A stretch of DNA of 64,000 nucleotides, taken from the NCBI GenBank assembly GCA_036012125.1, contig DASCOS010000002.1, positions 108,327 through 172,326 of the forward strand, read 5' to 3'. Every line of letters starts with the position of its first letter. The stretch's first letter is position 1. Below are positions 19,174 to 28,866 of the stretch, piece after piece. A program made the translations under genes and the position numbers. A model generated the notes under the pieces. That model did not search any database. It had not been told where the DNA came from and was given only the letters and a program-made list of their open reading frames with translations. This stretch comes from Vicinamibacterales bacterium. Its GTDB lineage: Bacteria; Acidobacteriota; Vicinamibacteria; Vicinamibacterales; UBA823.

Positions 19174-19442
19174 TGCTATCCCCTATTAGGAGTCTATCTA
19201 CGACGATTAACAGCTAACGAACTAACACAATAGGTAGGCTTAGTGAACTTCCCTCATACAACATATAGATTATTGATAAGAAAAATGTGGTGTCAAGGAC
19301 AAAGTGCACAAAATGTCAAAAAAGTGTCGCCGAAGCGCCCACAACAGGGTGTGTCGGTCGCTAGAGCGCACGACTGTAGACTTGTAATTAGAGCGCCCTG
19401 TCCACTCTCTGTCCTACGCGATCTGCTCGATGAAAAAACTCA

Positions 19443-20558
19443 TCACGGGAAGCTCGTCCGTAATAATTTCTTGGCAGCATGTTTCTCCAATGCCAATTGT
19501 ATTAACCGATCCAACAACTCGACATACGCCACTCCGCTCGCCTCCCACAGTTTAGGATACATGCTGACCGTTGTGAACCCTGGAATCGTGTTTACTTCAC
19601 TCACGAACAATTCCTTCGTCTCGTCATTCAAAAGGAAATCCACCCTAGCCATTCCTGAACCATCAATGGCTCTGAACGCGGTCACAGCGAGGTGCTGCAC
19701 CTTATCGGTTAGCTCAGCGTCAAGTGGAGCCGGAATCCGGAGTAACGAACCTTCGTCAACGTATTTTGCCTCGTAGTCGTAGAACTCTCGCGATGGAACC
19801 ACCTCTCCAGGTATCGAAGCCTCGAGTTGATTGTAACCGAGGACAGCACATTCGATTTCCCGCGCGTCCGGCACGGCCTGCTCGACGACAACCTTTCGAT
19901 CGAACTCCGCCGCATAGGACATTGCAGCTTTCAGATTGTTTGCAGATGTGACCTTGGAGATACCGACACTTGAACCGAGATTGGCCGGTTTAACAAACAC
20001 TGGAAAGCCGAGTTCGGAGGCAATCATCTTACAGATCGCGTCCGGTGTGCTGGTCCAGTCGGATTGCCGAATAATGCGGTAGTCGACTTGAGGTAAATTG
20101 TTCGCCGCGAACAGTTGTTTCATCACGGCCTTGTCCATGCCCACCGCCGAGGCAAGAACACCCGCCCCGACGTAGGGCATGTCAATCATCTCCAACAGGC
20201 CCTGCACCGTGCCGTCCTCGCCGTAGGGACCGTGTAAAACCGGAAAGACTACATCGAGTGCAAGGTCTTGAACCATCGCAGACGGCTCATTGATTCTAGG
20301 CCGGCCTGGAATGCCATCTTGGTGATTTCGGACAGTCCCAGCTGCTCTCAAACGCGCATGTTCAATTAGCTCTGAAGCCTGAACGACTGTCGGTGGACGC
20401 TCGGGCTGGCTCCACCGTCCATCTTTACCAATGAGGATTGGAACTGGCTCGTAACGGCTCGGGTCTAGATGGTGAACGACAGCGGCCGCGGAGGCTAGCG
20501 AGACCTCATGCTCGCCGGAGCGCCCACCGAAGAGTACGCCGATCCGCATCCGTGTCAC
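19443..20558 (-). CDS. ddl: D-alanine--D-alanine ligase
   Basis: 371 aa. Motifs GGRSGEHEVSL, FVKPANLGSSVG and EVNTIPGFT (ATP-grasp fold). Confidence 0.95.
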   Translation of the reverse strand: MTRMRIGVLFGGRSGEHEVSLASAAAVVHHLDPSRYEPVPILIGKDGRWSQPERPPTVVQASELIEHARLRAAGTVRNHQDGIPGRPRINEPSAMVQDLALDVVFPVLHGPYGEDGTVQGLLEMIDMPYVGAGVLASAVGMDKAVMKQLFAANNLPQVDYRIIRQSDWTSTPDAICKMIASELGFPVFVKPANLGSSVGISKVTSANNLKAAMSYAAEFDRKVVVEQAVPDAREIECAVLGYNQLEASIPGEVVPSREFYDYEAKYVDEGSLLRIPAPLDAELTDKVQHLAVTAFRAIDGSGMARVDFLLNDETKELFVSEVNTIPGFTTVSMYPKLWEASGVAYVELLDRLIQLALEKHAAKKLLRTSFP

Positions 20559-20627
20559 CGCTTTGTCACTTCAAACTAAAATGGGAATCGCCTATCCTGT
20601 TCAAAAAACTCGCATAGTATACGCTTA

Positions 20628-21761
20628 ATGAGCGGCGTCTTCGACTTTCAAGTTACCGAGCGTGACGGTGATGCCCGGTGCGGCAGGTTGTCGACGCCAC
20701 ACGGTGTCATACATACGCCCGCCTTCATGCCGGTAGCCACTCGCGGCACGGTCAAGGCCATGACCCATCGGGACCTGCTCGGTATGAAAGCCGAGGTGAT
20801 TTTAGCCAACACGTATCACCTACACCTACGACCTGGCACTCACCTCATTGAACAGTTGGGCGGCCTGCACCGATTCATTGGCTGGGACCGGCCTATTTTG
20901 ACGGATAGCGGTGGTTATCAAGTGTTCAGTCTCGCTTCACGGCGAACCGTTGATGAGCAGGGGGTGCGCTTCAGATCCCATTTAGATGGCGAAGAACACC
21001 TGCTTACGCCGGAGGGAGTCACCGATCTTCAGTGGGCACTCGGCTCAGATGTCGCAATGGCTTTTGACGAGTGCGTTGCTTATCCTTGCGACGCATCTGA
21101 CCTAGGTCGCGCGATGGAGCGGACACTTCGGTGGGCACAGCGCGCTCGTCAGCGATTCAAGAGCCTCCGTGAAAACAGTGCCGGGGTTAATCCCGGACAA
21201 GTACAATTTGGTATTGTGCAAGGAGGTGTTGACCACAAACTTCGAGTGATCAGTGCACGGGAAACGGTCTCGCTGGGCTTTGACGCCTACGCCATTGGAG
21301 GCCTCAGTGTTGGTGAGCCCGTGCAGGTTATGTACGAGGTCGTAGGCGAGACAGCACCACGACTTCCGGAGGGGTGTCCACGTTATCTGATGGGGGCCGG
21401 CACCCCTGTTGACCTTGTTGAAGCCGTGTCGCGGGGTATCGACCTCTTTGACTGCGTCCTTCCGACACGAAACGCCAGGAACGGACAGCTATTCACTTCC
21501 AAAGGGCGTCTTAACATCAAACAGGCACAGTTCGTCGACGATATAAGACCCCCAGATGAGCAGTGTAAATGCTACACCTGCCAACGTCACTCGAGGGCTT
21601 ATTTGAGACATCTTTACCTTGTTGATGAAATGTCTGCGTCGACCCTTAACACGTTGCATAATCTCCACTTTTACCTTGACACAATGCGGCGGGTTAGGGA
21701 ATGTATAAAGCTCGGCACGCTGGAAACACTCAGACAGGAATTCCGCCTGCTCGACTCCTGA
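20628..21761 (+). CDS. tgt: Queuine tRNA-ribosyltransferase (tRNA-guanine transglycosylase)
   Basis: 377 aa. Motifs TPAFMPVATRGTVK and LTDSGGYQV, plus zinc site C.C..C...H (CKCYTCQRHSRAYLRH). It lies upstream of yajC-secDF, as in the classical order. Confidence 0.95.
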   Translation: MSGVFDFQVTERDGDARCGRLSTPHGVIHTPAFMPVATRGTVKAMTHRDLLGMKAEVILANTYHLHLRPGTHLIEQLGGLHRFIGWDRPILTDSGGYQVFSLASRRTVDEQGVRFRSHLDGEEHLLTPEGVTDLQWALGSDVAMAFDECVAYPCDASDLGRAMERTLRWAQRARQRFKSLRENSAGVNPGQVQFGIVQGGVDHKLRVISARETVSLGFDAYAIGGLSVGEPVQVMYEVVGETAPRLPEGCPRYLMGAGTPVDLVEAVSRGIDLFDCVLPTRNARNGQLFTSKGRLNIKQAQFVDDIRPPDEQCKCYTCQRHSRAYLRHLYLVDEMSASTLNTLHNLHFYLDTMRRVRECIKLGTLETLRQEFRLLDS

Positions 21762-21853
21762 CTTCCAACGGTCAAGGCCTGAACGGACACTGACTGAAAG
21801 ACACGCGTCGACTAGGCAAAGCTGCTGAGGATTCCATGCACGACGGGTGACCA

Positions 21854-22216
21854 ATGATGAGGTATTCAATGTTTACCGATCCTTCACTAGTTGTGGCGAT
21901 GGGCGCTCCGCCTGAATCGGGCGGGAGTGTCTGGCTGCAGTTTGTGCCTTTCGCTATGATTTTAGCGATCTTTTATTTCGTGATCTTGTTACCAATGAAG
22001 CGGAGACAGAAAAAGGTACAGGATTTTCAGGGGGCGCTTAAGGTGAACGATCGCGTCGTCACGACTAGTGGCCTATATGGCATTATCACGAAGCTGAACG
22101 ACGAACGCTCGGTGCAGGTTCAGATTGCTGAGAAAGTCAGAGTCGACATTGCCCGGGCGGCTATCGGTGGCTACCAGGGGCAGGAGCCGGTAGTCAAGGA
22201 TTCTGGACAAAACTGA
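21854..22216 (+). CDS. yajC: Preprotein translocase subunit YajC
   Basis: 120 aa. A single transmembrane segment plus the LLPMKRRQKK motif and DRVVTTSGLYG. The start may be an internal Met. Confidence 0.85.
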   Translation: MMRYSMFTDPSLVVAMGAPPESGGSVWLQFVPFAMILAIFYFVILLPMKRRQKKVQDFQGALKVNDRVVTTSGLYGIITKLNDERSVQVQIAEKVRVDIARAAIGGYQGQEPVVKDSGQN

Positions 22217-22255
22217 ATCGAATAGAGTCGCTGTGCGTGCGACTCGGTAAAGTGA

Positions 22256-23824
22256 ATGAATAAGAATCTTCGTTGGAAACTTCTTTTGATAGTTGGGATC
22301 GTTGCTTTGGCAGGATGGTCCGTGTACCCACCAGAGGAAAAAGTTCGCCTAGGGCTCGACCTGAAGGGTGGGGTCCACATGGTTCTCCGCGTACAGACTG
22401 ACGATGCGCTCCGCATTGAAACTGAGACAAGTCTCGAGCGAGTGCGCGAGATACTGGAAGTGCGAAGCATCGGGGTTGGAGCTATGACGATGGAATCCCC
22501 GACGCGTTTTCGCATTGAGGGTGTCTCTCCTGCGCAGGACGCCGAGTTTCGAGCGATTACTGACGAGCAACTACTGGTGGTCTATCGCCGGGAGTCCAGT
22601 GCCGGCGGGCGGTACGCGTTCGAGATGAGGCCTAATATGGCCGTATCGTTACGTGAAGAGTCCGTTCGGCAGGCGCTGCAAACCATTGAACGGCGCGTCA
22701 ACGAACTGGGTGTCAACGAACCAATTGTTGCTCCACACGGTGTTGGTGGAGACCAAATTCTGGTTCAGTTGCCAGGCGTCAGTGACGTTGCGCGTGCTAA
22801 AGAGATTATTCGTTCCACGGCGCTTCTCGAGCTAAAACTTGTTGAGCAGGGTCCAGCAATATCGCGAGAGACTTTACTGCAAGCCAACGGAGGGCGGTTA
22901 CCGGATGGGATGGAGGTGGTGCCGGGTACAGACGACACGCTCACTCCTGGTGCGGCACCCCAGTCTGTTTTTTACCTTGTGCGTCGAGTAGCTGCGATCA
23001 CCGGGAGGGACCTGCGAACTGCGCGTTCAACGCTTGACGAGTATAACCAACCCGCGGTCAGTTTCTTGTTGAATGGTGATGGGGCCAGAAAATTTGGGAA
23101 TATCACCAGCCAGAACATCGGTCGTCAGTTGGCGATCATTCTTGATGGTCGGGTATATTCCGCACCGGTTATCGAATCACGGATTACGGACGAGGGACGA
23201 ATTACCGGCTACTTCAGTCAAGAAGAGGCTGCGGACCTTGGCCTTGTGCTTCGTTCGGGTGCGTTGCCGGCTTCTCTCACCTATCTAGAAGAGCGCAGGG
23301 TCGGCCCGACGCTCGGTGCGGACTCTGTGCGTGCTGGAATTCTTGCGTCCGTGACCGGACTGTTGCTCGTGGCATTTTTTATGCTCGTCTACTACAAGTT
23401 GGCCGGTATTAACGCAATCTTATCGGTCGCACTCAATCTACTGATTCTGCTGGGAGTGATGGCGTATCTGAACGCAACGATGACACTTCCTGGTATTGCC
23501 GGATTTATCTTAACGATTGGAATGGGTATTGATTCGAACGTACTGATCTTTGAGCGGATCAAGGAAGAGTTAGCATCCGCGAAAAATGTCAGACTCGCGG
23601 TGGCGGCAGGGTTTGACCGTGTGTTTCTGACCATCCTCGACACACACGTCGCGTCGCTAATTGCTGCGGCATTCTTGTTCCAATTTGGCACAGGCCCAAT
23701 CCGAGGGTTTGCGACCACGCTTTTCTTTGGGCTGCTATCCAACGTCTTCACGGCCGTGTTCGTCTCGCGGACGCTGTTTGAGACAATTCTTACTCGTCGA
23801 CGAGTGGCGAAACTCAGCATCTGA
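22256..23824 (+). CDS. secD: Protein translocase subunit SecD
   Basis: 522 aa. An N-terminal transmembrane segment and a large periplasmic domain (LGLDLKGG) are followed by a C-terminal 5-TM block with GMGIDSNVLIFERIKEE. Confidence 0.95.
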   Translation: MNKNLRWKLLLIVGIVALAGWSVYPPEEKVRLGLDLKGGVHMVLRVQTDDALRIETETSLERVREILEVRSIGVGAMTMESPTRFRIEGVSPAQDAEFRAITDEQLLVVYRRESSAGGRYAFEMRPNMAVSLREESVRQALQTIERRVNELGVNEPIVAPHGVGGDQILVQLPGVSDVARAKEIIRSTALLELKLVEQGPAISRETLLQANGGRLPDGMEVVPGTDDTLTPGAAPQSVFYLVRRVAAITGRDLRTARSTLDEYNQPAVSFLLNGDGARKFGNITSQNIGRQLAIILDGRVYSAPVIESRITDEGRITGYFSQEEAADLGLVLRSGALPASLTYLEERRVGPTLGADSVRAGILASVTGLLLVAFFMLVYYKLAGINAILSVALNLLILLGVMAYLNATMTLPGIAGFILTIGMGIDSNVLIFERIKEELASAKNVRLAVAAGFDRVFLTILDTHVASLIAAAFLFQFGTGPIRGFATTLFFGLLSNVFTAVFVSRTLFETILTRRRVAKLSI

Positions 23825-23827
23825 CAT

Positions 23828-24811
23828 ATGCAGATCTTTAAGACTCCGAATATCAATTTTTTCCGTTGGCGGTGGCAGGCAATTGGAGTGTCGACCATTG
23901 TCATTCTCGTCGGCGTGAGCACGATTTGGTCTGGGGGCGGCTTACCGCTTGGTATTGACTTCTCAGGTGGAACGGCAGTTGTCCTGCGCTTCGAGGAACG
24001 AACACCCGAAGAGGCAGTCCGAATGGCCATATCCAGTGTCGAGGGCGAGAAGGTCGTGCAGCAGTATGGTGATCCAGCCGAGAACGAGGTGCTCATAAGG
24101 CTCCCACAAATTGCTGAAGAAACAGGAGCCAGCTTGGAACAGGGCGCCAACTCTGTTGTTGAAGCGATTGAGTCGGCTGCGTTAGGAGAGTTTGAGGTGC
24201 AGAGCACCGACATCGTGGGGCCTGTGATTGGTCGGGAACTGCAGCAGAAAGGGATCTATGCCACGCTGGCAGCGTTGGCAGGCATCCTGATCTATGTCGG
24301 TATCCGGTTCAGGTTTAGCTTCGCTGTAGGCGCGATTGCTGCCGTGTTCCACGACATCCTCGTCACACTGACTTTTTTGACGGTCTTCGGCTACGAGCTG
24401 TCGCTGAATGTTGTGGCTGCGATCTTGACAATCACTGGTTATTCGGTCAACGACACGATCGTTATCTTCGACCGGGTGCGCGAGAACCTGCGTTCGATGC
24501 GTCGAGACAAGCTTGAGTTGGTTGTCAATAGGAGCGTGAATCAGACTCTGGCTAGGACGATTATTACTTCGGCCACAACGTCGTTGGCCGTTTTAGCTTT
24601 GTTCCTCTTCGGGGGTGAGGTGCTACATGGCTTTGCTTTTACGATGCTGGTCGGCATCATTAGCGGTACTTACTCAACAGTGTTTATTGCGGCGAGCACA
24701 GCTGTTTTCGTGAATGAACGCCGTGCTAACCAGCGAGTTTCTACTGCACCTGGGCTGACGGGCGGGAAGAAAAGGTCCCGGCGGCAGAAAATGAAAATTC
24801 GAGCCTCGTAA
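23828..24811 (+). CDS. secF: Protein translocase subunit SecF
   Basis: 327 aa. Motifs LGIDFSGGT and GYSVNDTIVIFDRVREN. It starts 3 nt after the secD stop. Confidence 0.95.
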   Translation: MQIFKTPNINFFRWRWQAIGVSTIVILVGVSTIWSGGGLPLGIDFSGGTAVVLRFEERTPEEAVRMAISSVEGEKVVQQYGDPAENEVLIRLPQIAEETGASLEQGANSVVEAIESAALGEFEVQSTDIVGPVIGRELQQKGIYATLAALAGILIYVGIRFRFSFAVGAIAAVFHDILVTLTFLTVFGYELSLNVVAAILTITGYSVNDTIVIFDRVRENLRSMRRDKLELVVNRSVNQTLARTIITSATTSLAVLALFLFGGEVLHGFAFTMLVGIISGTYSTVFIAASTAVFVNERRANQRVSTAPGLTGGKKRSRRQKMKIRAS

Positions 24812-24834
24812 TCTGTTGAGTCAACCCCCTGAGC

Positions 24835-25638
24835 ATGCTCATTGCCGCCCTCCTTGGTGTTATTCAGGGGCTCACGGAGTTCCTGCCGGTTTCTAGTTCA
24901 GCTCATTTATTGTTGGTCAGAGAGTTTCTTGGATGGGACATCGGTCAATTTGGGCTCGCGTTCGATGTCGCTTGTCACCTTGGGACCCTTTTGGCAGTCG
25001 TGGTGTTTTTCTGGCACGACCTTACGGCTATGGCTCGGTCGTTGCCGCGTGTGCTCTCGACATCGCCTGGAGACGCTGGTCGCCAAGTGCAAATGCTTGT
25101 GCTTGGAACCCTGCCTATTGCTGTTAGTGGCTTAGCGTTTGAAGATGTCGTTGAATCGTCACTCCGCACTCCTGGTGTGACCGTATTCACACTGTCACTC
25201 GGCGCCGTCGCGTTCTTTCTTGTTGAACGAATGTCGCGTGGAATCGGCGACGGACGAACGGTGACTTGGTTGGTGGCACTGGCGATGGGTGTAGGTCAGG
25301 CGATAGCACTGATTCCAGGCGTCTCACGGTCGGGTGCCACAATCGTAGTTGGTATGTCCTTAGGCCTCTCTCGTTCAGCGGCTGCTCGCTTTGCTTTTCT
25401 ATTGGGGCTGCCGGCGATCATGGCAGCTGTTGGGCACACTGCGATCACACTCGAACCTAGTGAGGTAACGGGCTCGGTGGTTGTCTGGTTTCTGACTGGT
25501 CTTGTAATGTCGGCTATCGTGGGTTACGCGGTGATTGCTTGGTTCCTGCGATATATTGTCAAGCATTCGCTTGATGTGTTCGCGATCTATCGTCTAGTGC
25601 TGGCCGGCGTGGTATTGGTCTGGCTCTGGGGTGCGTAA
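24835..25638 (+). CDS. uppP: Undecaprenyl-diphosphate phosphatase
   Basis: 267 aa. GLTEFLPVSSSAHLLL and PGVSRSGATI are BacA/UppP signature motifs. Confidence 0.93.
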   Translation: MLIAALLGVIQGLTEFLPVSSSAHLLLVREFLGWDIGQFGLAFDVACHLGTLLAVVVFFWHDLTAMARSLPRVLSTSPGDAGRQVQMLVLGTLPIAVSGLAFEDVVESSLRTPGVTVFTLSLGAVAFFLVERMSRGIGDGRTVTWLVALAMGVGQAIALIPGVSRSGATIVVGMSLGLSRSAAARFAFLLGLPAIMAAVGHTAITLEPSEVTGSVVVWFLTGLVMSAIVGYAVIAWFLRYIVKHSLDVFAIYRLVLAGVVLVWLWGA

Positions 25639-25698
25639 GTTTTTCCACCAAGAGGTCTGGAAGATTCGGTCATTATTTGATCAGAACTGGTTGACTCA

Positions 25699-26325
25699 AT
25701 GCAATGGTTCCGTCGGAGTTTGATCGCGGGTTTTTTCGTGACCGTACCGCTCATTGTGAGCGTTGTGGCGCTGGTTTGGATGTTCCAGTGGATTGATGGT
25801 CTTATGGGCCCATACCTGGTCCGCTGGTTGGGGCAGGAGGTGCCGGGCCTAGGTTTGCTCGCGACGATTGCAGGGATGCTTATCGTCGGCGCGGTCGCGA
25901 CCAACGTCCTTGGCCGTCGGCTGGTGGAGCGCGCAGAGAAATACCTGATGCGGGTGCCGATTTTTAAGACGGTCTACGCGCCCGTAAAACAACTCATGTT
26001 GGCTTTTTCCCCTGACAATGAGTATGGATTCAAAAGGGTGGTCATTGTCGAGGACCTGGAGCGCGGTTTCGTTCTCGGATTTCTAACCAAAGAGTTCGAC
26101 CTTGACCGTGGTCTCGGAGCCGAACGACTCATGGCGATTTATGTTCCGACCAACCACTTATACTTAGGAGACATTCGAATCTACCCGAGTCGGCTTGCCC
26201 GCTTTCCTAATATTACGGTTCAAGAAGGGATTAGGATTTTTCTGACTGGTGGGATGGCTGTTGCTGATCTTGTCCGTGCGGACATAGAGCAAGTGTCCGA
26301 TGGTCAGGCGTCAGAGCCTCTGTGA
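25699..26325 (+). CDS. DUF502-family membrane protein
   Basis: 208 aa. Two N-terminal transmembrane segments, then RVPIFKTVY, FVLGFLT and VPT..N...G, which fit the DUF502/COG2928 layout as I recall it. Confidence 0.7.
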   Translation: MQWFRRSLIAGFFVTVPLIVSVVALVWMFQWIDGLMGPYLVRWLGQEVPGLGLLATIAGMLIVGAVATNVLGRRLVERAEKYLMRVPIFKTVYAPVKQLMLAFSPDNEYGFKRVVIVEDLERGFVLGFLTKEFDLDRGLGAERLMAIYVPTNHLYLGDIRIYPSRLARFPNITVQEGIRIFLTGGMAVADLVRADIEQVSDGQASEPL

Positions 26326-26432
26326 TCGCTTGCCTGCCTAATACGAGCCAGTAAGACCTGTCACACCAGTCCGAATGGGTGGACGAGGGAAGCTTGATGG
26401 CTCCTCAGGTCGCGTTGTTTGTGTGAACTCGA

Positions 26433-26462
26433 TTGACACATACGAGACTGGATTGTTACATT
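26433..26462 (+). promoter_or_regulatory. Candidate sigma70-type promoter for hppA
   Basis: TTGACA (26433-26438), an 18-nt spacer, then TACATT (26457-26462), about 60 nt upstream of the hppA ATG. Pattern match only. Confidence 0.3.
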
Positions 26463-26521
26463 GACGGGTTTCTTGGCGTGGTAACGGTGTCGGTAAGAGG
26501 TGTGACCGAGAGGAAATATCG

Positions 26522-28630
26522 ATGGAACAACGGCTCTTTTTGATGTTCGGCTTTGGCGCCCCGTTGTGCGCAGCTATTTTTGCTTTCGTTCTTATTCGGC
26601 AAATCAATCAGCGTGATGCTGGTAATGAACGGATGCAAAGTATAGCGGCTCTCATTCGGAGCGGAGCCATGGCCTTCTTACGTGTCGAGTACAGCGTGCT
26701 AGCTGTGTTTGTCGGGGTAATGTTTATCGTTCTTGCGGTCTTCCTGCCCCGGAGCGGCATGACGACGGCCATCAGTTTCCTTGTTGGAGCTGTACTTTCA
26801 GCGAGTGCCGGTTGGGTGGGTATGCGAACTGCGACTAGTGCGGCCGTTCGAACGACTCACGCTGCAAAGACTAGTCTTGGAAGCGCGCTGAGAGTGGCGT
26901 TTTGTAGCGGTGCGGTGATGGGATTGACTGTTGTGGCGCTTGGCACGCTAGGAATTGCGATCCTGTACTCAACATTTGGAGGACTAGATGGAGCCGGAGC
27001 TGCGGCCATCGAATCGCTCTTCGGCTTGTCGCTTGGAGCTTCGTCAATCGCGCTTTTTGCCCGCGTGGGCGGGGGCATTTATACCAAAGCAGCCGATGTT
27101 GGTGCTGATCTTTCCGGCAAAGTAGAGGCGGGTATCCCCGAAGACGACCCTCGCAATCCGGCGACTATCGCCGACGCGGTGGGCGACAACGTTGGAGACG
27201 TAGCGGGCATGGGTGCTGACCTGTTCGAATCCTACGTAGGAAGCATTATTTCCTCGATTGCCCTTGCGTGGGCGATGACGGCATCATCGGCCCAGGCGTT
27301 ATGGGGCTTATCGGCAAGCGACTTCGGAACAGTGCAGAATGGCCTGGTTTTGTTTCCGGTCGTACTTGCGGGTGTCGGTGTACTGTGTTCAATCGTCGGT
27401 ACGTTCGCCGTGCGAACTAACAACGAGAAGGCTATTCAGGGTGCCCTGAACCGCGGTCTATTCACAGCGTCAATCTTGGTCCTCCTCGCTACTGCTGGAT
27501 TGGTTTCCGTAATGGGCTTACCGCTCGCGATACTTTGGTGTGTCGTCGCGGGGCTGACCTCTGGTGTGGCGATCGGCAAATTAACCGAGTACTACACTGC
27601 AAAGGATCTCGCGCCAGTGCAGAGGATTGCTCAGCAGTCGGAGACTGGTCCGGCCACTAATATCATCGCCGGCTTAGGAATCGGAATGATGTCGTGCGGA
27701 GGGCCGATTCTAGTGATTTGTCTGGCGATCTTCCTGAGTTTCGGTTGGGCAGGGCTTTACGGCATCGCCATTGCTGCTGTTGGGATGCTATCAACGCTCG
27801 GTATCAGTTTGGGGGTTGATGCCTACGGTCCAGTGGCGGACAACGCTGGAGGCATCGCTGAACTCAGTCGATGCGAACCGTTCGTGCGAGAACGTACCGA
27901 CGCGCTGGACGCAGTTGGTAACACAACGGCCGCTATCGGAAAGGGCTTCGCGATTGGGTCGGCAGCGCTAACGGCGTTGGCACTGTTCAGCACGTATCGA
28001 GCGACCGCTGATGCGGCGGTCGAGGCGGCAGGCGGCTCCGCTTCGTTCGACCAACGTCTGCTCAGTCTCAATCTCGACAATCCAAACGTTTTGCTCGGGA
28101 TGTTTATCGGTGGAATGTTGCCATTCATCTTCTCGGCGTTAACCATGAACGCAGTTGGACGCTCGGCCAATAAGATGATTGAAGAGGTCCGGCGACAGTT
28201 CAAAACGATTCCTGGACTGTTGGAGGGGAAGGCCGAGCCCGACTCAGCGCAATGCGTTTCAATTTCGACAAAGGCTGCTATTCGGGAGATGTTGATGCCG
28301 GGCTTATTAGCCGTTATCGCGCCCATCGCTACGGGCTTTGCCCTTGGTGTTGCTGGGCTGGGTGGGCTCCTTGGCGGTTCGCTGGTAACCGGCGTCCTCA
28401 TGGCGTTGATGATGGCCAATGCTGGTGGGGCCTGGGACAACGCGAAAAAGTATATTGAGGAAGGTCATTTAGGCGGTAAGGGATCCGAGCCGCATAAAGC
28501 GGCGGTCATTGGAGATACGGTTGGAGACCCCTTTAAAGACACAGCGGGTCCGAGTTTGAATATTCTTATCAAACTGATGAGCATCGTATCGGTCATCTTT
28601 GCCCCTCTGGTGGTCGGCTGGATGCAGTGA
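26522..28630 (+). CDS. hppA: Membrane-integral pyrophosphate-energised ion pump (H+/Na+-PPase)
   Basis: 702 aa and polytopic. Motifs [51 protein letters not shown] and [22 protein letters not shown]. Confidence 0.95.
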   Translation: MEQRLFLMFGFGAPLCAAIFAFVLIRQINQRDAGNERMQSIAALIRSGAMAFLRVEYSVLAVFVGVMFIVLAVFLPRSGMTTAISFLVGAVLSASAGWVGMRTATSAAVRTTHAAKTSLGSALRVAFCSGAVMGLTVVALGTLGIAILYSTFGGLDGAGAAAIESLFGLSLGASSIALFARVGGGIYTKAADVGADLSGKVEAGIPEDDPRNPATIADAVGDNVGDVAGMGADLFESYVGSIISSIALAWAMTASSAQALWGLSASDFGTVQNGLVLFPVVLAGVGVLCSIVGTFAVRTNNEKAIQGALNRGLFTASILVLLATAGLVSVMGLPLAILWCVVAGLTSGVAIGKLTEYYTAKDLAPVQRIAQQSETGPATNIIAGLGIGMMSCGGPILVICLAIFLSFGWAGLYGIAIAAVGMLSTLGISLGVDAYGPVADNAGGIAELSRCEPFVRERTDALDAVGNTTAAIGKGFAIGSAALTALALFSTYRATADAAVEAAGGSASFDQRLLSLNLDNPNVLLGMFIGGMLPFIFSALTMNAVGRSANKMIEEVRRQFKTIPGLLEGKAEPDSAQCVSISTKAAIREMLMPGLLAVIAPIATGFALGVAGLGGLLGGSLVTGVLMALMMANAGGAWDNAKKYIEEGHLGGKGSEPHKAAVIGDTVGDPFKDTAGPSLNILIKLMSIVSVIFAPLVVGWMQ

Positions 28631-28791
28631 GGCTCTAAAGGTATGATTTAATTAGTTTTGGAGGATTTGGCTTTTCGATTTCCTCGTGATTTTGGGCTGC
28701 CAAATTGTCCAGTCTTTTTCGATGAAGCTTTGCCGGTGGGGCTGATTATTGGTTTAGGAACACGCTGCCTGGACTTTGTGGCGTTTATTAG

Positions 28792-28821
28792 TTGACGCGG
28801 GTTTTTCGCTCTGCTTAGAAT
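28792..28821 (+). promoter_or_regulatory. Candidate sigma70-type promoter for the tonB-exbB-exbD-exbD operon
   Basis: TTGACG (28792-28797), an 18-nt spacer, then TAGAAT (28816-28821), about 45 nt upstream of the AGGAGG/tonB start. Pattern match only. Confidence 0.35.
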
Positions 28822-28866
28822 GGACGGTCATGTGCTGCTTCATTCGCGGATGCGGCGCGTAGGAGG

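Noticed and set aside
19243-19776. A 177-aa plus-strand ORF
   Set aside because: It is mostly antisense to the well-supported ddl gene, has no motif, and starts in the AT-rich spacer.
23392-24213. A 273-aa minus-strand ORF spanning the secD/secF junction. Similar long antisense ORFs lie at 5330-5998, 27823-28440, 30402-30926, 39284-39649 and 55313-55639.
   Set aside because: All lie antisense within strongly supported genes. They have Ser/Arg/Pro/Thr-rich composition typical of GC-rich antisense frames, and no motifs.
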